Positions 1 to 8,226 of a stretch of 56,544 nucleotides of DNA are shown here, in pieces. A program made the translations under genes and the position numbers. The notes under the pieces were generated by a model. The model saw nothing but the letters and a program-made list of their open reading frames with translations. It made no database searches and was not told the origin of the DNA. Each line of letters opens with the position of its first letter. The first letter of the stretch is position 1. Origin of the DNA: a virus (lineage: Duplodnaviria > Caudoviricetes); IMG/VR virus record IMGVR_UViG_3300050132_000119, positions 1 through 56,544 of that record; one strand, 5' to 3'.

Positions 1-480
1 CGTGGCGCGGACCTGCGTGGCGCGGACCTGCGTGGCGCGGACCTGCGTGGCGCGGACCTGGGTGACGCGAACCTGTATGGCGCGTACCTGCGTGGCGCGG
101 ACCTGGGTGACGCGGACCTGGGTGACGCGAACCTGTATGGCGCGGACCTGCGTGGCGCGGACCTGCGTGGCGCGGACCTGCGTGGCGCGGACCTGCGTGG
201 CGCGGACCTGGGTGACGCGAACCTGTATGGCGCGAACCTGCGTGGCGCGGACCTGGGTGACGCGGACCTGGGTGACGCGAACCTGTATGGCGCGGACCTG
301 TATGGCGCGGACCTGCGTGGCGCGGACCTGCGTGGCGCGAACCTGGGTGACGCGAACCTGTATGGCGCGGACCTGTATGGCGCGGACCTGGGTGACGCGA
401 ACCTGCGTGGCGCGGACCTGCGTGACGCGAACCTGTATGGCGCGGACCTGCGTGGCGCGAACCTGGGTGGCGCGAACCTG
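1..480 (+). repeat. 15-bp tandem repeat array (32 units) encoding pentapeptide repeats
   Basis: Units cgtggcgcggacctg / ggtgacgcgaacctg / tatggcgcggacctg. Confidence 0.95.
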
Positions 481-741
481 GGTGATAAAGGAAAACTCGT
501 CGGTGACCGACCCTACTTATCCATTGGACCAATTGGTTCACGCTCCGACTACCTAACTCTGTGGCTCACGGACAAGGATTGCTATGTCAAGGCGGGATGC
601 TTCTTTGATACCTTGGACAAGTTCGCTGAAGCCGTGGAGAAGACTCATGGTGACAGTGACCACGGTAAAGAGTATCAGATGGCGATACTGATGATGGAGA
701 GTCATGTTGCGATCTGGACGCCGAAGGGAGAGCGGAAATGA
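1..741 (+). CDS. Pentapeptide-repeat protein (5'-truncated) with DUF5758-like C-terminal domain
   Basis: Frame +1 (absent from the ORF track) reads RGADL/GDANL/YGADL repeats to ~480, then ...SIGPIGSRSDYLT...VKAGCFFDTLDKFAEAVEKTHGDSDHGKEY...; TGA at 739-741 overlaps the next ATG. Confidence 0.85.
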   Translation, partial: RGADLRGADLRGADLRGADLGDANLYGAYLRGADLGDADLGDANLYGADLRGADLRGADLRGADLRGADLGDANLYGANLRGADLGDADLGDANLYGADLYGADLRGADLRGANLGDANLYGADLYGADLGDANLRGADLRDANLYGADLRGANLGGANLGDKGKLVGDRPYLSIGPIGSRSDYLTLWLTDKDCYVKAGCFFDTLDKFAEAVEKTHGDSDHGKEYQMAILMMESHVAIWTPKGERK

Positions 742-950
742 AACTACCTGAACTACCGAAACCAGACTTCATGGAAGGTGGTAGAGACTGGCCCCTACGC
801 GGAGCGTGGATAGAGTGTCAGATGCAAGCCTACGGAGAAGCCTGCTACCGGGCTGCGATTGGGGATGCTGCTAAGGCGGCAGATGAGGAACAAGGTCCAA
901 CTAACGGAATATACACTGTGCATCACCGTAACTCAAAAGGACTGCAATGA
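738..950 (+). CDS. Hypothetical protein, 3' end possibly chimeric
   Basis: ATGA coupling at both ends; tail runs through the 912-952 repeat. Confidence 0.55.
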   Translation: MKLPELPKPDFMEGGRDWPLRGAWIECQMQAYGEACYRAAIGDAAKAADEEQGPTNGIYTVHHRNSKGLQ

Positions 951-952
951 AA
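912..952 (+). repeat. 41-bp repeat copy 1 (TACACT -10-like element + RBS + ATGAAA)
   Basis: Matches 14590-14630 with 2 mismatches. Confidence 0.9.
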
Positions 953-1549
953 TACGAATTTGTTCCAGGCGATGAGATAACCATCGCACCAGGCCGAACA
1001 GTGAAGCGGATTCGCGCACTTGTCGCTATTACCTCGATGTGCGTTGCTCCTGGCGACCTTGGTGGATATGTTGAGTCGGAGAAAAATCTCGCACGGATTT
1101 CCGGCAACGCATGGATTTATGACAACGCACAGATTTCCGGCAACGCATGGATTTCCGGCAACGCACGGATTTCCGGCAACGCATGGATTTCCGGCAACGC
1201 ACAGATTTACGGCAACGCACGGATTTCCGGCAACGCATGGATTTACGGCGACGCACAGATTTACGGCAACGCATGGATTTCCGGCAACGCACAGATTTAC
1301 GGCAACGCACAGATTTACGGCAGAGGTCTTATCTTTTGGGCTTCACAAGTCGGTACAGAAAATGGGACGCTGACGGTCTACAACACAAAAGACAACACGC
1401 TAGAGGTAACTCGTGGTTGCTTTCGCGGAACCATTGACGAGTTCATTTCTGCATCTGAAAAGAAACATGACGATGAAACTCATCTTGAGTACCGAATGCT
1501 GATTGAAGTTGCACATTCGCGCATTACACGATCACGGACGAAATCATGA
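947..1549 (+). CDS. Hexapeptide-repeat (beta-helix) phage protein
   Basis: GDLGGYVESEKNL, then (I[SY]GNA[WQR])n 18-bp repeats; C-terminal VTRGCFRGTIDEF...KKH...EY. Confidence 0.85.
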   Translation: MKYEFVPGDEITIAPGRTVKRIRALVAITSMCVAPGDLGGYVESEKNLARISGNAWIYDNAQISGNAWISGNARISGNAWISGNAQIYGNARISGNAWIYGDAQIYGNAWISGNAQIYGNAQIYGRGLIFWASQVGTENGTLTVYNTKDNTLEVTRGCFRGTIDEFISASEKKHDDETHLEYRMLIEVAHSRITRSRTKS

Positions 1550-1659
1550 AACCTCTCCACTATTACTCAATCCGGGTGACCACTCCAACCGGGAACTGCT
1601 CAGAGATGGGACTACGGAAACTTGCCCGTGCGATACTCGATGAGGTAGAAGCATTATGA
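1546..1659 (+). CDS. 37-aa peptide MKPLHYYSIRVTTPTGNCSEMGLRKLARAILDEVEAL
   Basis: ATGA overlaps at both ends; first 19 aa identical to ORF 14625. Confidence 0.6.
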   Translation: MKPLHYYSIRVTTPTGNCSEMGLRKLARAILDEVEAL

Positions 1660-1823
1660 GTAACGAAATCTGTGAGTTCCGGGACTGTGAAGAAGTAGCC
1701 ACTACATATGACGAAGCAATGCATTCGTGGCTGTGTGAGCGCCACGAAAACGGCCTGGATAATCCAACTGGTTATTGCTCCCGTGACTGCCAGCTTGGTT
1801 ACGGATGCGATGGATCATGTTAA
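1656..1823 (+). CDS. 55-aa Cys-rich (putative Zn-binding) protein
   Basis: MSNEICEFRDC...WLCERH...YCSRDCQLGYGCDGSC; translated by hand, ATGA-coupled. Confidence 0.6.
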   Translation: MSNEICEFRDCEEVATTYDEAMHSWLCERHENGLDNPTGYCSRDCQLGYGCDGSC

Positions 1824-1833
1824 GGTTAGACAT

Positions 1834-2052
1834 ATGAACCTCCTAATCCCCGGATACATCCCCGAAGGCTGGACCCGAGGCACTGCACTCACCATCTGGA
1901 AAGCGAGACCTGGCTATCGTGGTGCGGTGTTTCAGAACTTCACCAACTACTCACCAGACGCCGTGATACCGGCAATCGCAGCCATAGAGTTCCACTACGA
2001 TGACCACCCTGAAGTTGAAGAGTGGTTAAAGTGGTGGCAGTCTAAGACTTAA
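1834..2052 (+). CDS. Hypothetical protein
   Basis: Likely start MNLLIPG after aaggt; converges on the primase stop. Confidence 0.55.
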   Translation: MNLLIPGYIPEGWTRGTALTIWKARPGYRGAVFQNFTNYSPDAVIPAIAAIEFHYDDHPEVEEWLKWWQSKT

Positions 2053-2053
2053 C

Positions 2054-4525
2054 CTACCCACCCACATACCCATGCACCGCAGGTGCTGGGTTCGGTGAAT
2101 CCCGGTATATGAAGTTCACCCGCCGCTGCTTGGCATTGATCACCCTCATCCGATGCTCTGCGAACCCATTAGCCAGAGCCGGATTGAGTGCCCACTGAGC
2201 CTGATGCTTGCTCTCCCCGGACTTGTCATCCAGACGCAAGACCCATTTGTCCCGCTCCAGCGGAATCATGGCTGAGTAGACCGCCTGATCCTGTTGCCAT
2301 ACCCCCAGCTTCCCGATTCTGTTACGAGCAGCATGTTTGAATGTTGGCAGATCCACAACCCCGTCATCACAGTGCTGAATGACCCACTCTGCCGCCCACT
2401 CATCAAATGATCCACCTTCAGCGCTATCCAGAGCGTACCTTAGTGCGGGAATCACGTAACCTTTGATGATCTCGCAAACCCGGTCCACGGTAGCCGCTGA
2501 TACCTGAGGATTGAATGGAGACTCCAGCATATGGAACATGAGCGACAGTCGGCCACACAACCCCTCCATCTTGCCGAACGCAGTCATGAACGTATCGTCG
2601 GACTGCAGCAACCTCTCATCATCCCGTTGCCTGAGATACCAGTCCTGGAACTGGTCATAAACCTTGAACGCTTCCGGCGTCATGGTGTAGGTCATGGCTG
2701 GCATCGCATAGATGATGCGGATCGTCTGTTCCCAGACGCCAGTATTCTGGAGGAACTCGGGAATCGGTTTGGGTTTGCGTGTCATGTCGCCATTGAGTAC
2801 ACAAGGTATGAACCGCTGAATCATGCCGTCAGCGCTCAGGGAGTGCAGATGCTCTTGAAACACTCGTGGCTGGATATTCCCGTAAATCGATACAGCCATG
2901 TTCTCGGCCCGGATGCTCCCTGAGCCCACACGGTCCATTTCATAGGGTGCTGACTCGTACGATTTGGTCCAGCAGGATCTGTCCTCACCGGACTGCTTAT
3001 CCGTCATCTTGCGAACCCATGAGTTCATCTCGTCTAGGGCGCACAGCAGACCACGAGGTCTGTCGGCGCACATCCTTGCCAGCTTCTGTGAGGTCACATC
3101 GTCCACGGTCAAGCGCAGAGGCACGGGCTGAGGGTCCAAGTCCGGGACAGAGGGAGCCTGACCCCCGAGCATAGCCTCTGGGGATGCTCGGAACTCAAGA
3201 AACGCTTTTTTTGACGATGCGTAAGCCGCCTCCTTTCCTTCCCAGTCCAGCAGATCCTTGGCGAACCGAATCCGATCCTCTTCCTCAATCAGGCGAAGCG
3301 GGGCGAACATGGGAGTGGACCCCGGAGTCTTTTTGTCGGCGGGTGCACCGATGGTCATGAGCCACAGGACCGGAGGAACCTTGAAGCCGGGGAGAATCTC
3401 AAGCCGGGACCGGGCATCTACGGCACCGCAGGCCGTAGCGAGTCCTGCGAATAAGGGGACCAGGGGGTCACAGCCTACAGTCTCACCAATTTCGGTGGCC
3501 CTGCGCGCCAGCACTGTGGGCCAGAGCGATATGTCCATCACTGGTGGCTTTGGGCGCATGTCATTCAGCATGGACTCCGGTGTCGCTGGGGCTGCGGTAC
3601 CCATTGCGGTAAAGAGTCCTGCTACGTCGATAGGGGGGCGAGTCCACCCATGTTCTTTGGCGATTTTGAACAGGGAGCCGAGTTTCACCCCAGTCGCTTT
3701 ATCCGGTTTAAACGAGTTCCATTGCGCCAATATCTCGCGCTCACCAGGAAACTTGGTTTCTGCGGTCTTGGACCATTGCATCCAGAGATGCAGGCCTTGT
3801 TCGAGATTGCTGATCTGGGTACTGGCCCAGTGGAGCGCCATTCCGCATACCACCCAGTCCTCACGGGAGCAGTCTGCTGGAATACTCTCAAGGGCAGACT
3901 CTATTTCACTCCAGTCTGCGGTCATGGCACCTGCGGGTGCCATGATGCTGGGTTCTGTGAGCATTCCTTGCCATAGATCAAGGAGAGCTTTGGGGATATG
4001 TGGTAACCGGGTCCAATGACCTTTCCCGGCCCACTGATATGGCTGCAGGGTTATCGGGTGGATCGATGGGGGCAGGACATCTTGTGTTGTCAGACCGTTA
4101 GAGGTGGCGCACCGTAGCTCATAAACAACAGTTCCGTCAATGGAAATTCGCTTGGATGGGAGCGGGGTATCAAGTTTGTAAAGCAGCTTGCCGTGTCCTG
4201 CCCTGCCCGAGTCCACGATAACGGCATCATTGGCGTCATAGAGCGCTTGGAGGTCAATACCCTGGAGTGCCAGCATCCCGACTGCTGTGGACCATGAATC
4301 TATATCAATTGCACAGGTTCCGCTATAAGCATGAGCCAAGCCAATGCCATATCCGTGAGGCAGATCGGACTGGCTCCTGAGTGCGTTTTCCTTGAGGTTC
4401 CAGCCAGCGGTGCGTGGACCTTTTGTTCCTTGGGGGATGGGGACTAATGAAAATCCGTGGCGGATATACGCATCGACTGATGCAGGGTGCTGTGCTACGT
4501 GGGTTACTTGGGAGACTGCGCTCAT
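2054..4525 (-). CDS. Primase-polymerase / PriCT-2 / DUF3987 helicase fusion
   Basis: SLVPIPQGTKGP..GW, AIDID, VLPPSIHP (Prim-Pol); W..CGMALH..W..WS (PriCT-2); LWLMTIGAP..KKT, DVT, DEM, DGMIQRF (DUF3987). Confidence 0.9.
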   Translation of the reverse strand: MSAVSQVTHVAQHPASVDAYIRHGFSLVPIPQGTKGPRTAGWNLKENALRSQSDLPHGYGIGLAHAYSGTCAIDIDSWSTAVGMLALQGIDLQALYDANDAVIVDSGRAGHGKLLYKLDTPLPSKRISIDGTVVYELRCATSNGLTTQDVLPPSIHPITLQPYQWAGKGHWTRLPHIPKALLDLWQGMLTEPSIMAPAGAMTADWSEIESALESIPADCSREDWVVCGMALHWASTQISNLEQGLHLWMQWSKTAETKFPGEREILAQWNSFKPDKATGVKLGSLFKIAKEHGWTRPPIDVAGLFTAMGTAAPATPESMLNDMRPKPPVMDISLWPTVLARRATEIGETVGCDPLVPLFAGLATACGAVDARSRLEILPGFKVPPVLWLMTIGAPADKKTPGSTPMFAPLRLIEEEDRIRFAKDLLDWEGKEAAYASSKKAFLEFRASPEAMLGGQAPSVPDLDPQPVPLRLTVDDVTSQKLARMCADRPRGLLCALDEMNSWVRKMTDKQSGEDRSCWTKSYESAPYEMDRVGSGSIRAENMAVSIYGNIQPRVFQEHLHSLSADGMIQRFIPCVLNGDMTRKPKPIPEFLQNTGVWEQTIRIIYAMPAMTYTMTPEAFKVYDQFQDWYLRQRDDERLLQSDDTFMTAFGKMEGLCGRLSLMFHMLESPFNPQVSAATVDRVCEIIKGYVIPALRYALDSAEGGSFDEWAAEWVIQHCDDGVVDLPTFKHAARNRIGKLGVWQQDQAVYSAMIPLERDKWVLRLDDKSGESKHQAQWALNPALANGFAEHRMRVINAKQRRVNFIYRDSPNPAPAVHGYVGG

Positions 4526-4673
4526 ACTGTTACACCACTATGTGCGCCAACCAACAGAAGTGCCATTGACTCAGGGGTCATACTTGAGACGGGCGTATGG
4601 GTGGTCATGCTGCTGCTCTCGCTTGGAGCCAGTCTATGGGAGTGGTCTGCTTTGACATTTCGCAACTTTCTAG

Positions 4674-4702
4674 AATTTATTTTTGTGGAACGATGTTGAC
4701 AA
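4674..4702 (-). promoter_or_regulatory. Leftward sigma70-like promoter for the primase
   Basis: TTGTCA-17 bp-TAAATT on the minus strand. Confidence 0.5.
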
Positions 4703-4725
4703 GTGTAAACGTCATCGGGTAGAAT
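4696..4725 (+). promoter_or_regulatory. Rightward sigma70-like promoter for the replication operon
   Basis: TTGACA-18 bp-TAGAAT. Confidence 0.65.
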
Positions 4726-4753
4726 CGCAACAACGAAATCGAGAAAGTTTGAA

Positions 4754-4951
4754 ATGAAGCGAAAACTCCTAACCGCCTTCCTCAGTGTTCGACTGACACC
4801 TGAGAGGCACACAGCGTTCTATCGCAAGGCTGATCAGTACGGGAGACCGTCTGACCTCTTGCGAGAACTGGTAGAAGCGTTCATCGATGACCGCCTGACC
4901 ATCAAACCTCCGTCAACCGTAAAGAAAGACCTATATGTCAATCTCAAATGA
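4754..4951 (+). CDS. Small ribbon-helix-helix-like DNA-binding protein
   Basis: LSVRLTPE...F..KA...SDLLRELVEAFI pattern; first gene after the promoter. Confidence 0.65.
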   Translation: MKRKLLTAFLSVRLTPERHTAFYRKADQYGRPSDLLRELVEAFIDDRLTIKPPSTVKKDLYVNLK

Positions 4952-5417
4952 AGCCATCATCGCAATCGCCACCGCTGTAACCGCTAATGCCACGGTCCTC
5001 CAGACCCTGGTTAACTCGCTTCCCCGTGAAGCTCAGGCCAAGGTTACTCACATCGCAATGGCACCAACAGCCATCCATATTACTCCAACCCCTGCTCCCG
5101 CGCCAGCACCAATCGCAACAGTTACACCTATCCAGGCTGCTGTAATCCCCGTAGCCGCTCCCGTGGCTCAGGTTGCTGCAATGCCCCCACCCCCCTCGTT
5201 CCAGGCTCCTGTAGCGGCTCCTGCTGCCACTGGCGCACCGTTTACTGATGCCAAGGGTCTGCTGGAATGGGTGATGAAAAGTTACAAAGAAATGGGATCT
5301 GAAAAGGGTGCTGGGATTCAGGGGGTTCTGGTGAGTCTCGGGTACAACAATATCAATGATGTAAATCCTATGCACTATGCGGCGCTGTATCAAGGCGTAG
5401 AATCCCTTAAAGGCTGA
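4935..5417 (+). CDS. Pro/Ala-linker protein of the replication module
   Basis: N-terminal helix, PAPA linker, small helical C-domain; precedes DUF2800. Confidence 0.7.
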   Translation: MSISNEAIIAIATAVTANATVLQTLVNSLPREAQAKVTHIAMAPTAIHITPTPAPAPAPIATVTPIQAAVIPVAAPVAQVAAMPPPPSFQAPVAAPAATGAPFTDAKGLLEWVMKSYKEMGSEKGAGIQGVLVSLGYNNINDVNPMHYAALYQGVESLKG

Positions 5418-5419
5418 CC

Positions 5420-5647
5420 ATGAAGAAACTCTTAATTCTCGTCATGACCCTTATCCTTCTTTCGGGATGCGCTAGTCGCACCGAGTTCGGTGAATGCATT
5501 GGTGTCACCAAGGAGGATGAAAAACCTGACCTTGTTTATAAACTGAGTGTCAGAAATGTGGTACTTGCTGCCGTGTTCTTTCAAACTCTCTTCACACCGA
5601 TTGTTGTTCTGGTGAACGAAACCTATTGTCCGGTAGGCCGAAAATGA
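5420..5647 (+). CDS. Small lipoprotein
   Basis: MKK + hydrophobic stretch + lipobox LSG-C; second hydrophobic segment. Confidence 0.75.
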   Translation: MKKLLILVMTLILLSGCASRTEFGECIGVTKEDEKPDLVYKLSVRNVVLAAVFFQTLFTPIVVLVNETYCPVGRK

Positions 5648-6963
5648 CCACTCACGCCAAACTTTCCCCCAGCAAACGGGCTCAGTGGTCCCGGTGCCCC
5701 GGCTCCGTCCGGGAGCAGGCAAGGTACCCCGATTTCTCTGGTCCTTCTGCCATAGATGGTACCCACTCGCATCGGTTGCTCGAAATCTGCCTCAAGGGCG
5801 GTAACAATGCCGCTGAGTTCCTTGGAAAAGAACTTGAGAGTCATGAGGGTAAATTCATCGTAGACCGTGACCGTGCTGCTCGGGTGCAGATTGCTCTGGA
5901 TTACGTGGACAAGCGGGTAAATGACGCCACGGGTGGGTGCAGGGTGCTTGCAGAATCCAAGGTTGACCCAGAACATCTGATTGGTCGTGACGATATGTCA
6001 GGCACCACAGATATCCGGCTGTACTACGATGATATTATGGAGGTCTGCGATTACAAAGATGGGTTCGGTGACGTGGATGTGGTGAACAACGAACAGCTTG
6101 AACAATATGCTCTTGGGGCACTGGCTGAGTTGAAGTTACCCATCAATGCCGTGTATCCCTTCAAATGGGTCCGCATGACCATTATCCAGCCCAAGTTGGC
6201 CCTCAAGGGTTTACCCGTAATCACATCGCACATTTTGTCGGTAGCGGATATCCTGGGTATGATTGGTCGCATGGTGGTGGAAGCCAAGGCAACCGATGAC
6301 CCAGAGGCTCCTTTGATTGCCGGTGACAAGCAATGCAAGTTCTGCCGGGTTCCTGCGTGTACGGCAAAAGCGGCAAAAGTAATGGAGGATATCGGTGTCA
6401 TGTTTCAACCAACTAACCAATTCGTTATCCCGATTGCTGTTGCGCCGGATACGCAAATCCTTGAAATTGCGCACCAGGCCGCTGGTAAAGATCCTGCTGT
6501 CATGGACAACAGCCAACTGCGTCAGATTCTGGAAGCGGCACCGCTGATGCGCCAGCTTCTGGATGATGTGGATACCGAGGTGCTGAAGCGATTCAAAGCG
6601 GGTGTCTCGATCCCCGGATTGAAGGCTGTCAATGGTCGCGGCTCAAGGAACTGGAATCTTCCTGAAGACCAGATCGCGGACAAGCTGATCAAGATGGGTA
6701 TTCCCAAGGGTTCGGTCTACGAGACAAAATTGGTGTCCCCAGCCAAGGTGGAAAAGCTGTCCTGGGAAAAGACTAAGGCGGGCGAGAAGATTCAAGCTCA
6801 ACTGAGTGAGCGTCAACTCAAGACCCTTGAAACTGAATATGTGACAAAACTCGGCGGTAAGCTGACTATTGTTCCCGAATCCGATCCACGGCCTGCTGTG
6901 ATCTTGGATGCGTCTCCGATGTTCCAGCCAACTACGGAGTTGCTTCCATCATGGCTAACTTAA
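5644..6963 (+). CDS. DUF2800 Cas4-like PD-(D/E)xK exonuclease
   Basis: HAKLSPS...W..CPGS, GT..H, GTTD, DYKDG, QL..YALGA, C.FC. Confidence 0.85.
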   Translation: MTTHAKLSPSKRAQWSRCPGSVREQARYPDFSGPSAIDGTHSHRLLEICLKGGNNAAEFLGKELESHEGKFIVDRDRAARVQIALDYVDKRVNDATGGCRVLAESKVDPEHLIGRDDMSGTTDIRLYYDDIMEVCDYKDGFGDVDVVNNEQLEQYALGALAELKLPINAVYPFKWVRMTIIQPKLALKGLPVITSHILSVADILGMIGRMVVEAKATDDPEAPLIAGDKQCKFCRVPACTAKAAKVMEDIGVMFQPTNQFVIPIAVAPDTQILEIAHQAAGKDPAVMDNSQLRQILEAAPLMRQLLDDVDTEVLKRFKAGVSIPGLKAVNGRGSRNWNLPEDQIADKLIKMGIPKGSVYETKLVSPAKVEKLSWEKTKAGEKIQAQLSERQLKTLETEYVTKLGGKLTIVPESDPRPAVILDASPMFQPTTELLPSWLT

Positions 6964-7025
6964 TTACTCAAGATGAGTTAAAAGAACGGCTCTGCGGATT
7001 AACGTGTGGAAAGCATGAGGAATAA
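6951..7025 (+). pseudogene. Orphaned 5' end of an HNH homing endonuclease
   Basis: MANLITQDELKERL resembles typical HNH starts (cf. MKPLTQETI at 10777), then stops. Confidence 0.55.
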
Positions 7026-7706
7026 ATGTATGAGTTGGCTCTTTTCGCGGGTGCTGGTGGTGGATTGCTTGGAACACAGCAACTCGGTTTCAAAACACTC
7101 TGTGCTGTGGAATTGGACTGGCACCGCCGATGTCTTCTTGCACAGCGACAAAATGAGCGACTCCTACGAGATTCATTCCCGATTTGGGATGACGTTCGTA
7201 CCTTTGACGGTAGAGCGTGGCGCGGCAGAGTTGATATGGTCTCTGGGGGATTTCCTTGCCAAGCGTTCAGCACAGCGGCAAGAGGGCGCAATACTGCCGA
7301 TGACCTTTGGGGGGAAATGCGAAGAGTCGTGGCAGATGTCTCTCCCCGGTACGTCTTCGCCGAAAACGTCAGCACCAAAGCCATTGAAGCCGCTGGGAAC
7401 GAACTGTCCTCGATGGGTTTCAAAGCCGAAATGCTTTCCCTATCTGCGTCAGACTTGGGCGCAGACCACATACGGGAACGGCATTGGCTACTTGCATACA
7501 CCGACGACAAAAGCCAATTACGCAGCCAAATCAATGCAAAAGTGGCCGAGTGCAAGGGCGTTTGTGGAAGTGTTTGGAGTGGTGAACCCGGAAAATCAGG
7601 AATGGCTGATGGGATTTCCACCCGGATGGAGCGATATGAAGCCACTGGAAACGGGCAAGTTCCAGTTGTGGCAGCAGCAGCTTTGTGGACACTTGCAAAC
7701 TCTTGA
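7026..7706 (+). CDS. DNA (cytosine-5) methyltransferase, alpha chain
   Basis: Motifs I FAGAGG, IV GGFPCQ, VI ENV, VIII RER, X GNG; no motif IX in this frame. Confidence 0.9.
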   Translation: MYELALFAGAGGGLLGTQQLGFKTLCAVELDWHRRCLLAQRQNERLLRDSFPIWDDVRTFDGRAWRGRVDMVSGGFPCQAFSTAARGRNTADDLWGEMRRVVADVSPRYVFAENVSTKAIEAAGNELSSMGFKAEMLSLSASDLGADHIRERHWLLAYTDDKSQLRSQINAKVAECKGVCGSVWSGEPGKSGMADGISTRMERYEATGNGQVPVVAAAALWTLANS

Positions 7707-7740
7707 TGCCCGACAATTGCTAGATGACAGACATCCTTGA
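7153..7740 (+). CDS. Putative C5-MTase beta chain in an overlapping frame (start uncertain; frame open from 7006)
   Basis: LHTPT...NPENQEWLMGFPPGW (motif IX-like). Confidence 0.65.
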   Translation: MSDSYEIHSRFGMTFVPLTVERGAAELIWSLGDFLAKRSAQRQEGAILPMTFGGKCEESWQMSLPGTSSPKTSAPKPLKPLGTNCPRWVSKPKCFPYLRQTWAQTTYGNGIGYLHTPTTKANYAAKSMQKWPSARAFVEVFGVVNPENQEWLMGFPPGWSDMKPLETGKFQLWQQQLCGHLQTLDARQLLDDRHP

Positions 7741-7789
7741 CCTTCAGGACTGGACCGTGGTTTCCCAGCACCAAGAAGATGGCGTTTGA

Positions 7790-8200
7790 CAGATCATAGG
7801 GAGACCTCTGGGTGGTCAAACAAAGTTGGGATATTTGCAATGCAGACTTAACGGGAATACCCATATGATGCACCGTCTTGCTTGGTTGTATGTTTATGGT
7901 CAATTTCCCTCCGATGAGATAGACCATATCAATGGAATTAGAACGGATAATAGAATCGGTAATCTTCGTGATACACCTCATAAACGAAATCAGGAAAATC
8001 AGAAACTGAATGTTCGTAATTCTAGTGGGTGTCGTGGGGCAACCTGGTGTCCTCATGCGAATAAGTGGAAGGCTTGTATATGCCATCATGAGAAGCGACA
8101 GCGCCTTGGTTATTTCACTTCAGTAGAGGAAGCAGCAGCCGCGGCAAAGGAGGCAAGAGACAGACTATTTACACACCATCACACATCAAACTCGTCGTAA
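7790..8200 (+). pseudogene. HNH (+AP2-like) endonuclease, N-terminally truncated
   Basis: GY...HRLAWLY..G...IDHING..DNRI.NLR; in-frame TGA at 7787-7789; no RBS-led ATG at the 5' end. Confidence 0.7.
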
Positions 8201-8226
8201 CAGTTAATTTTCAAAAAGGTAATATT

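Noticed and set aside
2-556. 184-aa 'ARTCV' repeat ORF in the track
   Set aside because: Shadow frame of the 15-bp repeat; frame +1 gives canonical A(D/N)L pentapeptides and a real C-terminal domain
1-1320. Tandem repeats as a CRISPR array, and alternative-frame ORFs at 1020-1437
   Set aside because: No unique spacers; periods of 15 and 18 bp are codon multiples, which keeps other frames open
4652-4676. Second TTGACA...TAGAAT pair
   Set aside because: The 13-bp spacer is too short for sigma70
5644-6963. Cas4-like nuclease as part of a CRISPR-Cas system
   Set aside because: No array or other cas genes; DUF2800 is standard beside the DUF2815 SSB and polymerase
6968-8089. 373-aa minus-strand ORF, and similar long antisense ORFs (3258-4019, 25312-26316, 37920-39056, 54932-55762)
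   Set aside because: Antisense to well-supported genes, with no recognisable motifs or RBS
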